NCBI RefSeq assembly: GCF_000315625.1
Contig: NW_005434661.1
Span: forward strand, 1,001,892 to 1,062,263
Source: Guillardia theta CCMP2712
Taxonomy: Eukaryota > Protista > Cryptophyta
Direction of reading: 5' to 3'
Length of the DNA stretch: 60,372 bases
This document shows positions 35,935 to 51,899 of the stretch, piece by piece. The notes beneath the pieces are model-generated. The model saw nothing but the letters and a program-made list of their open reading frames with translations. It made no database searches and had not been told where the DNA came from. The translations under genes and the position numbers were made by a program. Positions within the stretch are counted from its first letter, which is position 1, and every line of letters starts with the position of its first letter.

Positions 35935-36223
35935 GATAATTGTGGGTTCGTTCTGCTATTCTTTCATGTTGCTTGCTGGCTAGCCATGCAGAGATCCAGG
36001 ACTCCCTCAATCTAAACCCAAAGATTGTTAGACATGTGAAGCTGCAAAGATATTTGCAACCTCCTTGCATGGCACCTGGGAAAAGAAGGAGTTAGATAAA
36101 ATAAAGACTAGAAGTCAAGTAATCTTTGCCATAGCGAGAATAAGAAAGGGAGGAGGAGATGAAGAGGAAAGGAGGTGATGAAAAGCGAAGGAAGCGGGGT
36201 GAGGAGATCTGTTCAACACCTTG

Positions 36224-38155
36224 TCAGTCAGCAGCTGTCGAAGTTGAGATTGCTCAGCAGCCTGCCAGCCAACGGTCAGGAGAGAGTCAAACTGCAGAAT
36301 TTCATTCCTCCATCAGTAGCCTTCGCTTGTGATGCAGAAGAGAGAGGCCAAATTTCACCAGGAATGCTCTTCCCCCATCCGCTGTTTGCCGTAGAAATCC
36401 ATCCAAGAAGCGATGCCTGTCCAGGAGAGGCAACGAAAGGGCAAGAATTTCAAGGAACTACGAAAGTGAAGGGGAAGAGAAAGGGGAGAAAGGGTGGAAG
36501 GCTGGAGGAGGAAAGAAAAGGGTAGAAGGCTAGGTCTGGGAACAGGCGGGAGTAACAGAGAGGAAGGTGGAGGGAAGCTGAGAATGGAAGGGGCAGAGAA
36601 TGGGAACATGCAAGGTTGACGTACGCCTCGCCTTACCTGCCCTGCCACGGCAAAATATCGAAGAAGATAGTTTCAAACCATGCCTTAACGATATCCCTGC
36701 GAGTTTATTATTATGAGGATGCGATGGGACAGCGAGACCTGAGGTTGATTTCTTTTGACTGTAGGTGGTTGATAAGAGCCTGATCCTCTTCTATCGCTGC
36801 CCTGCGGACCGACGTCATGCTTTGTTTTTGACTTTCCGGTGCCTTGCCGGAGAAAGTTTTCCACATCTCCTTCGAGGCTGTAGATTTTGTTGTCCTTGGG
36901 CATCGCGTCGTTGATACGATCCAGGTCTCCACCATTCCACCATCCCTTTACGCCAACCTCTGTTTGCTGTCGTGCTCCTGTGACGTCGTTTGCGCTCCTC
37001 CAGTAGCCCGAAATGTAGTGGTCGGTGCTCTGGAGCACTGCTATGACTCGGGCGGTTGTTGCCATGGGAAGAAATATGGAGAGGAAGTGAGCCACCTGCT
37101 CATACCTTCAGAACATGTTCCTACTGGCCCATTGCAGAATTTACTTTGCATAACCCGGCATGCAGAGGATCGAACGCGACGAATTCCAAGAGCGTCACGA
37201 AGCGAGTCTGATCAGCATTTCAGTGGCAAGGCACCAGATCATTGTCGAGACCTGAAAGTCTCTCGTGGTAAAGAACTTGCTGGCAACTCGCTGCAGTTCT
37301 GATCGCGGAGCAGCTGGCTGGACGTCTGCATGCTTGGCATGAGATGAAGGAGAAGGACTGCTTCACAGCATCATTCCTGGTAACCCTCGGATCTTGTCTG
37401 CACTGCAGCTGGCCGGCCATTCCTGCGTCCTGAAAAACGAGGGCATCCTTGAAAGGCTTGGGATTTCTCCTGTATTGGTGCAGAGATGTGCTGCTTGCTC
37501 CAACTTCAACGGTGTCAGGACAGCTTCTCCCTCACACGACGCCTCTGCTCCTCACCTCGAAATCAGGCAGCAAATGCCCATCTGTAAAGCGAGAAAGGTG
37601 TTGGACCTCTTTGCTTCGCCAAAACTTCTTGAGCAACATGATCGGTCCATATTCATCCTCCTCTTCATCGGATTCTACGATTTAAATGAGACACAAGCAC
37701 TAGAGAGGGGGCATTTCAACACCTTCATCCTCCTCAACTGTTGGCACACCCTCTGCAGATACCTGGAAGCTGTACAGCTCTTCTCGGAGAGCTTGCTGCA
37801 GTGATCCATTAGACATCAAGAATTATTTGTCATGTTTCTTGCTTACTTTTGTCCTTGGGTCGTTTGTCATCTTCACAGGAGCTCCAGTGTCGGACAACAC
37901 CTCCATGTCATCAGGTACTCTTGACTTCATCTCCTCTACCATCTTCACGATCTCTTCATACGGTGCAGTATCATCGCATGTCTGGTTGATTTCTCTGTCG
38001 CCTGATCCTCCTCGCAGGACGATGTTGACATTCGACGGCTTCCAAGCATCGCAGAACAAACTCGTCGTCACGACAGTGAGGTGAAGCAGGACGAGGACAA
38101 GGAGCAGCCATATTCGGCTGCTAGTGGAACAAGTTACCCCGTCTTTATGTCTCAT
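36224..38155 (-). CDS. Hypothetical multi-exon protein with an N-terminal hydrophobic leader (may be two genes)
   Basis: Leader ...IWLLLVLVLLHL...VLRGG followed by several spliceable exons; no family recognised. Confidence 0.45.
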
Positions 38156-39201
38156 TGCCTGCAAAATCCATCGTCAAGTTCTTAGGTGCCATCATTGCAT
38201 GTCTGCTTCTCCTCACTACCTCACAATTCACCATGTGGAAATCCGTCCACTCGATCAATGAGGTTGTTGTGCCCAGTCTTACACACCCACATGTTCAATC
38301 TGCCAGCATGCGGTAATCTGTCTTTCTCTCTCGATCTCCTTGCTCGTCCTCTTCATCCTCCTCCTCCTCCTCCTCTCTGTCTTGTGGCCTGACTGTGGCA
38401 CACTGGCGGGAGCGAAGACAACCTGGAAGACAACAAGTTGCCAATATGAGATGAGTGGGGATGAGGGTTATGTACTGAAGGATAACGCAAATGGTCATCG
38501 GTGACTGGGTAGGGTTATTTTTCGATGTAAAATTTAAAATACTTCCAATCAAAGTTTCAATAATGATAAAAGCTTTGTCATAAGTATACAAAGATGGATT
38601 TTTTTGGTGGGTGGGGTGAGGCGAATGAGGGGTTCCGGACAGGGGGGTCCAGAGGATTAGGGGGAAGAGACATGCGGGAAGAGTCGTGATAGCGGCATGG
38701 AGATGGAGGGAGAAGGTGGAGGAAGAAGCGGAGGAGAGGGTTGAAAATATGATGACATAAAGCAAGATGAGGAAAGACGAGCAAGAATTTGAGGATGGAG
38801 CAGAGGAGACTAGGAATCTGAACGACCATGAGTAGGTAGTTGCGATGTCGGTCAACATGGAACGCAGGGGCGCGATTTTGCGATTTGTTTATGAATTGAG
38901 GAAGATTTAGCGAAGAAGAGAGATCATGAGGTGGTGTGAGTGGCGAAGGTCAACTTTAGGATTCTTGATTTTGTATCGCGATTGCATCATGAGACTAGAT
39001 GGGCAGAAGAACAGTAAGGGTTAAACTCGCATCATGGGTTAACAAATGTCTTCATAACACCGGTTCACACGTGCATTCCATTTGCAAGTCATGCCCTGAC
39101 ATGAGATCTTGAAGGCTCCATCCCATTATTCTTGTTGTCCCAAGACTATCAAGCTGCTGGCCGTTGGCAAGGAGACCCTCTGAAGGCGGTCTGTGGCTTC
39201 T

Positions 39202-40692
39202 ATGAGGGCAGCAAGAGCCATGAGAGTCAGCTCCTCCTTCGCGCTAGCGTTGACTCTCTTGCTGGTACTTTCTCCAGCAACTGTCGCCTCAAGAGTTCTG
39301 CTGCAGGAAGGAGAGGAGGCGACTGGAGAGGCGGCGCCGGCAGCTGAAGGAGAAGCCACGGCGACAGAATCAGAGGAGAGCCAAGGAGCGGGAGATGTCT
39401 GTCTTACTGCAGACTTTCCTCTGGAGTTTCGATCGCCTGTGCAGTTCAATGTGAAGGATGGGTTCGGGCCCTTCAAGGATGGCTCCCTCGACCTCCAGTG
39501 TGACTGTGCTGGCTACACCTGCAAGTGTAGCGGGACAGAGGAGAATTGCGATGCCTACTCGGTGCTATGGTTCTACGGCCTTGCCTACTCGCATCAGTTC
39601 GGGAGTTTCTTCTACGACATGCCCGAGTACGAGAGGAAGTATCACCTCGAGTCGATGATCTTCTGGACTGTGCTGGGAACCATCCTCTTCTGGCTGGGGC
39701 TGCTTACCATCATCTACATGGAGCTCAAGGCTGTTTCCATCACCAGAGAGCGAGACGAGCGACGGAGACTCGTGCAGCTGCGAGCGATGGAGAGGTCGAG
39801 CAAGATCGTGGACCTGGAGAAGAAAGAGATGCTCGTCATGTCTCCTCGTGCTTACATCACAATCGCTGGCGCTATCTTGCTCTTTGTTGGCCTCTTCTTT
39901 CAGCTCATTCCCTTCTGCCACCTCCTACGTGAGCTGGGCATTCCCGTCGCCTTCCACGGCTTCTGCATTCTTTTCGTATTTGTGAATGCGCTTGTGCTGT
40001 CGGCGTCGATAGTCCTCCTGGTCTTGGGGGTCTTGTGGTCTTGCACACGAGGGTTTGCTGCTCTAGTGTTGATTGTTGTCGCCATTGCCGGCGACCTGAT
40101 GATCTTTGGGGGGATCGCCTACTGCCTTGTTTGGATGATTGTTGCAGGAGCCGTCCTCTACCTCTACTTCTCTTTCCTCCCCGAGCTCTACAAGGACTAC
40201 AGGGACCTAAGTGACCCCAATAACGGTCGATACCCAGTGTGGCTCCAAGACGCTGGGAACTTTGAGGTATTTGTTGTTTCTTCTGTTGACTGCCTCCTCC
40301 CTTGCTCTCTCAGCCTCCCATTGTCCCTGCTCCTCTTTGCCTCATTCTTGCTTTCTTCCCTCGTCTCTGTTCGTTCTGCATCCTGTAGCGGACATGCACC
40401 GTTCCCTGCCTCCATCAAGACTTCCACCATTCCTCTCAAATCCCCGAGTGTTGATGATTGCAATGCTTTGATTGACATGTTCTTGTAGCTGGAAACTGAT
40501 CTCGAAAAGATCACGTCAAGCTTTCATGCTGCGGGCAAAGACTTTGTGGACGACATCTCTAACAACCCTGTGCGCCTTGTCGTGTTCTCCGAGGTCTTGC
40601 TGACGTTGCTGCAGGTTGGTAGTGGCTTGAAGGACGCGGGCGCAAAGGCACAGGAGGCCGTCAACAAGATGTCAGGGCAGGAGAAGGCGTGA
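39202..40692 (+). CDS. Multi-pass membrane protein with a signal peptide and small Cys-rich ectodomain
   Basis: Long first exon with a signal peptide, CDCAGYTCKC and about 5 TM segments; two short terminal exons. Confidence 0.7.
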
Positions 40693-41040
40693 AAGCAACT
40701 TTGGCGCTTATTATGTTTCATATGGGATAATACAATCGTCATCATATCTGTACACTCGCACCTTCCCCTGTCTCATCCTTCTCTTCCTCCTCTCTCTCTC
40801 TTCGCTCTCCTCTCAGTCCCTTGCCCTCGCTGCTCATGTTCTGCCTCATGTGCCTATCGCCTGCCTGCATTTCCGGGTCCTGCCTCGACCCCAACTGTAT
40901 CCTTGTGCGATCCTTTCTGCCCCCTTCCCCCCTTTCCCCCTTGCCACCGCCAAACCTCTAATCCCCTCCCTCCCCTCCCTCCCTCCCTCGCGCCGCTTTC
41001 CTCGGTATCCCTTCGTTGCCTTCTTCTGGCCCTCTGCTCC

Positions 41041-44535
<3,495 letters not shown>

Positions 44536-44985
44536 ACTTCCGAAGTCACCGTCTGCCCCGGCCGCCCAGCTGGCAGCCGGCAGTGAGTACTATAGGTAAC
44601 TAGTAAGCCAGTGCGCACCGTGAGTGTTCGGCCCGCCCGGCGTACTACTTGATGATACTATGAGATGATAGGGGGGGGGCGGTGACTTTCAGTGCCGGGC
44701 CCCGGGGCCAGCAGCGGGCCAGGCCGGGCTCAGTGGGCCGCCAGACTCGCCCTGGGCTGGGCCAGGCTCGGGCCCGGATCCATACCGTACGCGACATCTA
44801 AGCATCGCTCAGAGTTTTCAAACATAGGGTGTCTACAACCAAAGTTTGTGATGTTTGTTTAAATATTAATACTGAATTTCAAAGTTTATGGTCTCAATTG
44901 ACACACATTTGAAAGTAAGAAGATTAGGTTGTGTACGTTCGGTATTTCTGATCCAACGCCGGCAATCCCTCTCATACCGGCGGCC

Positions 44986-46339
44986 ATGCTGCGCAAGCTG
45001 ACAATCTTCTGCGGTGAGTGAAGGAGATGTCGGCAGACCCAAGGTCTTGACCATGGGCAGATCAGAGTCAGCTATCAAAGCTGATCATCTGTGAAATGCG
45101 CTTCTCTCTGTCCTGCTTTGCTTCGCGCTTCTCTTGACTTGGCATCGCAGGAATCGCCCTCGCATCCGCCTTCTCTCCTGCTCCCCTGGCTCCTGGCCTC
45201 CGCTCGGCAAGATATCAGCGCGCAGTCACCCGCCATGCTGTCAGCCCTAAGATGGTGTGGGGAGACAAGGACTACTTGATCGCTCCCTCCATCCTGTCTG
45301 CCGACTTTGCCAAGCTCGGCCAGGAGGTCGACAACGTCCTGGCTGCAGGAGCAGACGTTGTGCATTTCGACGTCATGGACAACCACTACGTTCCCAACCT
45401 GACCATTGGTCCCATGGTCTGCAAGGTAGCTCCTGCTATCGTGATGCCTTGGCGTGCTGAGATGAATGTAGGCTCTTCGTAACCATGGTGTGACTGCACC
45501 CATCGACGTCCACTTGATGGTTCAGCCCGTGGATCGCATCATCGGCGACTTTATCGATGCTGGTGAGCATGGCAAGGCTAGAATGATCCGATCTAAGTTG
45601 TTTCAGGTGCCTCCTACATCACCTTCCACCCGGAGGCCTCAAACCACATCGATCGCACTCTCGCCATGATCCGTGACGGAGGATGCAAGGCTGGCTTGGT
45701 TCTCAACCCAGCTACCTCCCTCGACTACTGCAAGTATGTCATGGACAAGATCGACATCATTCTCCTCATGTCTGTCAACCCTGGATTTGGAGGACAGAAG
45801 GTCAATGTTCTTGGAACTGAACGCCGTTGCTTACCATTACATAGTTCATCCCCTCGGTGCTGGAGAAGGCCAAGGAGGCTCGCAAGTTGATCGATGCTTC
45901 TGTGAGAGTAGAAGATGATTGAGTCTTATCTCACTGGTGGGATGGCAGGGATATGACATCCGCCTTGAGATCGATGGTGGCGTTACCGTCGACAACATCA
46001 AGCAAGTTGCTGAGGCAAGTCTGGTTTATCTGCTTTCTCTCTCTTCTCTCTTCTCTCCTTCGAACTTTTCTGTGGCTCCTCTGAGTATTAGCTGCTTGCT
46101 TGGCTGATTCTGATGCAGTGCGGTGTCGACATGTTTGTTGCTGGAAGCGCTATCCTCAAGGAGCCTCGCACTCAGGTCCTGTGCAGCACGCGCAGACAGT
46201 CTTCTCTTACCTGACTGGCAGGATGCATACAAGACTACCATCGACAAGATGGTAAGTCTTTCGATCTTATCTTTTCTGTCTTGTGATTCCTATATACTCG
46301 CAGCGCCAGCAGCTTGCGTCCGCCAAGGTTGCCAAGTAA
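44986..46339 (+). CDS. RPE: Ribulose-phosphate 3-epimerase, plastid-targeted
   Basis: Spliced leader [21 protein letters not shown] (signal peptide plus ASAF); [62 protein letters not shown]. Confidence 0.95.
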
Positions 46340-46997
46340 ATAGGACAGGAGAGAAGGATGTTAAAGTTATTGTTAGAGCATTCAGTGAAATGCGGCCCCT
46401 GACTCTCGATTGTTGACTTTGAATTGCCTCCGTGCAAGCGATGCGTCCCGGCATAAGCGGCAGCCTCGGAATGTTTCTCAACATGGACCCGGAAGCCTAT
46501 GATCATCACTTTGAACTGCACTGCCGCAGCGCACTGCACACTGGCCAGGCTGCCGGAAGGTCCGTGGGCATCGTTATGCACTCCGAGGCTCAGTATTTTG
46601 AAGTTCTCACCGTACCACATCACGGCAGTTAGTCACTGAGTCCGCCGGCCGGCGGCGGTCGGACCGTACAGCACCCTCAGCACTGGGTCATGATGCCCGG
46701 CCGCTCTGCGGCACTTTCTGAGCTGTCACGGTGGCTGACTCGGATCAGTGAGTCAGGCCGGGCAGCCTATTGCTTCCGGACCGGGCTCGCCTCAGAGCCC
46801 AAACGGGGCCGGGCCCGGGGCGCGCGGGCGCGGCCCGGACCGAACTGGGGCTGCGAGTGGGACGAGGGTCAGTTTTCCTGCGGCCCCCAGTTGGTCACGG
46901 GATGCAGGAACGCGTTAGGGGAGGAGAGTGGCAAGGAACAGCAGCAGCCGCTTCGTCTAGTGCTTATGGGAAGACGTTTCACATACAGACATGCACA

Positions 46998-48372
46998 ATG
47001 AAGCGACTGGTTGCAACATCCCTGGCCTTGCTCCTTTACTCTAGTCCGATCGTTTGTTTCACTCCCTTGAATGCTCCCACAAGGATTCGCTTTCGCGCTG
47101 CGACACTGAATGTTCATCATAGCTTAGCGATGAAACGACACGTACCTCGATCGTCCCGTGGACAAGACAGTGAACCGGAAAGCATTGAAGTAGACCATGA
47201 TGGCATTCCGAAGATTGGGCGCTTGAAAAATGTTGTCAGGCAGACAAGAGGCGACATAGTGGGTACGAGGGGGTCAGTCAAAGTGCAAGGAAAGGGATGG
47301 GACAACATTCTCCCTAAACCTCCGACGATTCGAGTAGCAGGAGGAACAGCAAAAGGAAGAAAATTGAACAGACCTGAAGTTTATCTACGGCCGATGATGG
47401 GCAAGGTCAAGGAGGCGCTCTTTTCCATCTTGACAGAGTTTGACGTCCTGCGAGATGACGCGATTGCGCTCGACACCTTTGCTGGGTAGACTCAGACAAG
47501 CTTTTGTTCACGGTCGTGAGTATCCTATTGGCAGGTGTGGCAGCGTTGGTATAGAGGCGTTGAGCCGAGGAGTCGGTAAGTGGATATCACCTATTACCAC
47601 GATGTGCTGATTGCACTTTTTTGCAGGCAAGGCGGTGTTTGTAGATTACAGCAAGGAAGCTTGCAACACAATCAGAGGGAATCTCGAAGTTTGCGAGTTT
47701 GAGGACAGAGGTATTTGAACTCTTTCTTCAGTTGATGGAAATCAATGCTTTTTGTGCACCAGGGATGGTTGTTTGTTCAAAAGCTGAGGCAATCTACGAC
47801 GACCCCGTCCAAGTTTTGGCAAAGGTACAATCTGCATGTTAAATGCTTGAATTTACAAAGTTTAAAAGATGGGAGGGAAGGGATTCGATCTTTTGACGAT
47901 GACACCGCCGTACGAGGAGGTAACAAAGTCGTGATGCCATTAGCGCCTGAATTCACAAATATGGCTAGGTCGATTATGGTGATCTGCTCGGAAGGATAAC
48001 CAAGGTCAGAGATTTTGATCATATCAAGGAAACCAAGCGAATTCATGGTCACTAACAATGGTGCAGTCGGAGCATTTGATGAATGATGGATGCATCGTTG
48101 TTGTCGAGTATCCCATTGAGCTTGGAAGCTTACCACCCGTAGGTCTCAAATCGAATGTCAATCTGCCTAAACTTGCTATCAGGTGGTAGGAAATCGATTG
48201 GTTGGCATGAGGAATCGCAAGTACGGGAGGACTATGCTTGCTATCTACGCTTGCAACCCTGTGCGTTCGTTGATTGATGAGAATGCATGCCACCTCTCCT
48301 CACTTCACACAGGGGTCCAATATGGAGCCTCGGCCACAAGAGTTCGGCACACTGCGCCTAGACTACCTTTAG
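46998..48372 (+). CDS. rsmD: RsmD-like 16S rRNA m2G966 methyltransferase, probably plastid-targeted
   Basis: Signal peptide ending ...IVC-F; IRVAGGTAKGRKL...LRPMMGKVKEALFSIL, LDTFAG-CGSVGIEALSRG, TPPY, VVEYP, RKYGRT. Confidence 0.85.
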
Positions 48373-48545
48373 AAGCTGTTGGTGAAATGGCCGGAAATCT
48401 ATTTTGCAGTACAACGTTGAGCTCTTGCCAAGTTTTCGCTCTTTCCCCATATCTCCATGAAACATGTTTACCCCTGCTTTTCTGTTTGAGACAATTTATG
48501 ATTCGCATCGAAATTACTCGGAGATTGCTGCCACGCTCAAGATTT

Positions 48546-48925
48546 ACAAGGAGTTGTCAAGGCCAGGGCCAGGGAAGCTACGTCCCGGCAAGTTCTGCAA
48601 AAGCTATCAACTTTTGCATCTCAGGAATAAAGTTGAATCCTACCCATGCAGAGACGTTGTCCCAGTTCTGCATGCCCATGGACGGGCGAATGTGATCGAG
48701 GTTGTCCTGCATCAGCGAGTGAGACCAACAACGAGATCCGGCTCCCCGCCCCGATACCAAGTGCTGCCAGGTGGGGCTCCAGAGCTCGTTGAATCCCATA
48801 GGATACGAGCTGTCACCGTAGGCCGGGTCGGTGGTGAAGTTGTAGGTGACATTGTCATCCCATGAGCCCGGAGTCTCGAAGGGAGCAGAAGCTAGCATAG
48901 TTCCTGGAAGAATCTTGAAGAGCAT
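48546..48925 (-). CDS. Small hypothetical protein
   Basis: MLFKILPGTMLASAPFETPGSWDDNVTYNF... with spliceable short introns; no family recognised. Confidence 0.35.
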
Positions 48926-51040
48926 AATTCTGCAAGACCAAATAAATGTCAAAAGTGGCAATACATCGATCGATTTCGATGCAGGAAACACGCAATGCAG
49001 AAAAACTTTCCGAGAGTTGCAACGAAACAAAAACTTGCTCACAAATAAATGAAAGAAATGCTTTTTTCCCATTCTACTCCACAGATCACCTCCCGAGAGT
49101 TTGGATATAATTGGGACAGGTTCAATCCGAGGCAGACAATTAACAGATGAAGCAGACGACAAAATCTCTTTCAAGAACCAGGAAAAATGACAACTCAATT
49201 CTTCCAGAAAGCAAAATCCTCCAGGAAATATCACCCACAAGAGCTGCGTGATATCAACGAGTATTGTAGGGAAACAGAGAAACACAAAAAAAACCAAACA
49301 TGCAAAGCAACAGGTGGACGAGGTTATGAAAGCAAGCAAAAATAATATCATTAGAACGTGGTTCGCAACAGCTGCGTTCAGCAATGTTATCACATAACAT
49401 GTTTTGGCCATACCCTCTTGTGTTGTTATGATTTGGACGGTGGGTTGTCGAGTTTCGATACCCTATCCTTGAGAAGGGGTACTCACTGAATTCGATACCA
49501 TGCACCTATTCTAATTTTTCATAGTATACCATATAATGAAAGGGATAAGTGTAATGCTCACTCAAACCCAATTTGCTTTATCAAGGGTGGAGGGTGGGGG
49601 TGGGAGATCAAACGGAGGGTAGGGAACCCCATGGCTCTTCGCGCTGTACAACGAAGGGTTGAATGGGTAGTTACAAGACGGTTACAATACTCAACATCTA
49701 ATTAGAGTACCCGGCGCTGCCTGGTTATTACCACTAGGTGATCATGGCACAGCAAGCCGGCCCGCCTCAAGTTGGACATAATAGTACCAAAAGGTACGAG
49801 TACAAAAACCAGGTTTTCCTTCGAACAGCCTGCACCACCCACCCCCAGACATTAGACATGGGGTGACTTCACAACTTCGTGTTGCGAGATGTGATTTATA
49901 TGCTCACCACCTCTGATATTTACTGGGCAAGGTAATAAGTCCAGATGAGCAGGCTGCCATGTTTCGACTTTCGCGTTTCCGATAAAGCCCCCACCCCCTG
50001 CCACATGTAGGAGTTGTATGTTGTCAGCAGACGCTTTCAGGAGGGTGGTATCTCCAGGAGATTTGATGGGTGTAGGTAGTCAACCGCGTCAGCTCGCTCA
50101 TTCCGAAGGTGAAGGTGACCGTGTACAAGGTTATAGTTGTGACCTTTGTTTTTAAGAAATTACTTTATAACCCACCCTTTTAAACCGCCGCGAGTTCATT
50201 TCCGTCCGATCCGATGTCATGGAGCTTTCGCGAGTGTTGAGAAATGATTTGAAGGTGAATATCTCAATTCTGCCTACCCCCACCCCCTTAATTCCAGTGA
50301 TATTCTGCTACAGTTGAAATTACAACTGAAAGATCAAACGGCAACTTCAAGTCCATTTTATATCTTTTTACAAATATTTTTTTTGAAATCTTTTAAATTT
50401 ATTTGTAAGTTTTAGGCACCCATATGTAGTAAAGTAGGTACCAACCTATCACAACTAAAGTGGGGTGGTAGGGGTACCTTCTTGGAAGGGGACTGATCCT
50501 GGAGATGATTGAATTCAGGTCGGGACGGGGGTATATCTACCGTTCAGACGGGGTTAAATCCACCAGATGCTCGGATGTAGAGATATGAGGGGTAGGGGTA
50601 GGTAGTCAGTACAGAGAAGGATTTTTTTTTTTGATGCCTGCTCATCGGAATACCCGACAGAGGTTCTTGGCACCTGGTCTCTCAAAGCTCACATGGTTGA
50701 ATGCCCTCCCCTGACGAGCTCTCCCTCTCGCTCCCTCCTTCTCTGTCTTTTGCATCTCACCTCTCGTCTCGCCTTGTTTGCCATCCTCTGCAGATCTTTC
50801 TCCAGCTCTCACTGCCTCATTTTGTTTGTCGCATTTCGTAATATTCAGATCTTGCCTAGATTTTCGTATGTCTAACCAATTCATTTACAATGCTATGCAT
50901 CATCTTTCCTCCATCTCTACTGACTCCTTGCTACTGCATGTTTAGGGTTTTGCACTCCATTTATCCACCACAAGTTCGCTCGCGATGAGATGCTTGTTTT
51001 GGATCCAGGGCCTGATTCGTTCTTTCCAGGGATCAGCCGA

Positions 51041-51646
51041 AATGGAAACCAAGTCTCTGGAGATGTCAGATGCTGCTGCACGTTCGAGATCAAACATTAC
51101 GATTGAAACTGCTCGTGCAATATATGCGCAAAGGCACTCGAGTAAGAGTTCTCCGAAGTCTAGCTCGGAGCTTGCAGCACTGTATCATGTGAGCTCGAAA
51201 GCAGTGAGGGACATTTGGGTATTTTGCTTTGTCAGTTATGCTGTAATCTTATCGTGCTATCACAGAATAGACGAACCTGGGCGCATGCCACCGCGTGTCT
51301 CTGGACAGATTCAGAGAAGGACAGATATGTCCGGGACAAGATGGGAGAGTCTTTTTGTCGTTCCAGTTCTTCGTGCAACATCGAGATTCCTGCCTGTGCT
51401 CTGAAACGTCCAGGCCGCCCAGTCGGGTCCAAGGATTCTAAGCCGCGTAAAAAACGTGCAACAGAGTCAGATGAAGGAGTTGAATATGGAAATTCACAAG
51501 AGGAGGCTATGTCAGACGAGGGGTGGGATGCCCTCCCTTCATCCAAGTGGTCAAAGATATCATTGACATGGTTAACGATGTCCTCTTTGTTCGAAGAAGC
51601 TCTAGATCATGTGCAAGGGGAGCAGGGTTATGTCCAGAGCAGTTAA
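51041..51646 (+). CDS. Small putative DNA-binding protein: HTH plus AT-hook-like motif
   Basis: ITIETARAIY...SSELAALYHVSSKAVRDIW-NRRTWAHAT across an intron at about 51219-51265; KRPGRPVGSKDSKPRKKR. Confidence 0.6.
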
Positions 51647-51899
51647 AGCAAGCCCACTACTGCGTGTTTTGTGCAGTCAAATTCTTGATGTGTCTTTCAA
51701 TTTTCAAGTGCCAGGTCTCGAGAGTTTGAAATTTTTCGTTTTGTTGTAGAGTAGATAAATACAAAGCTATCTCACTAATAAAGTGTCTGATTGATACTTT
51801 GTAGTGATCGATATATGACATTTGAGCATCTCATCTTCACAGTCTTGGCCAAAATATTCAACAGCTCACGCTTTGCTGTGGTCAACTCCATCATTGAAG

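Noticed and set aside
48926-49411. Upstream part of the 277-aa minus-strand ORF
   Set aside because: AT-rich low-complexity sequence with no recognisable protein features; probably non-coding
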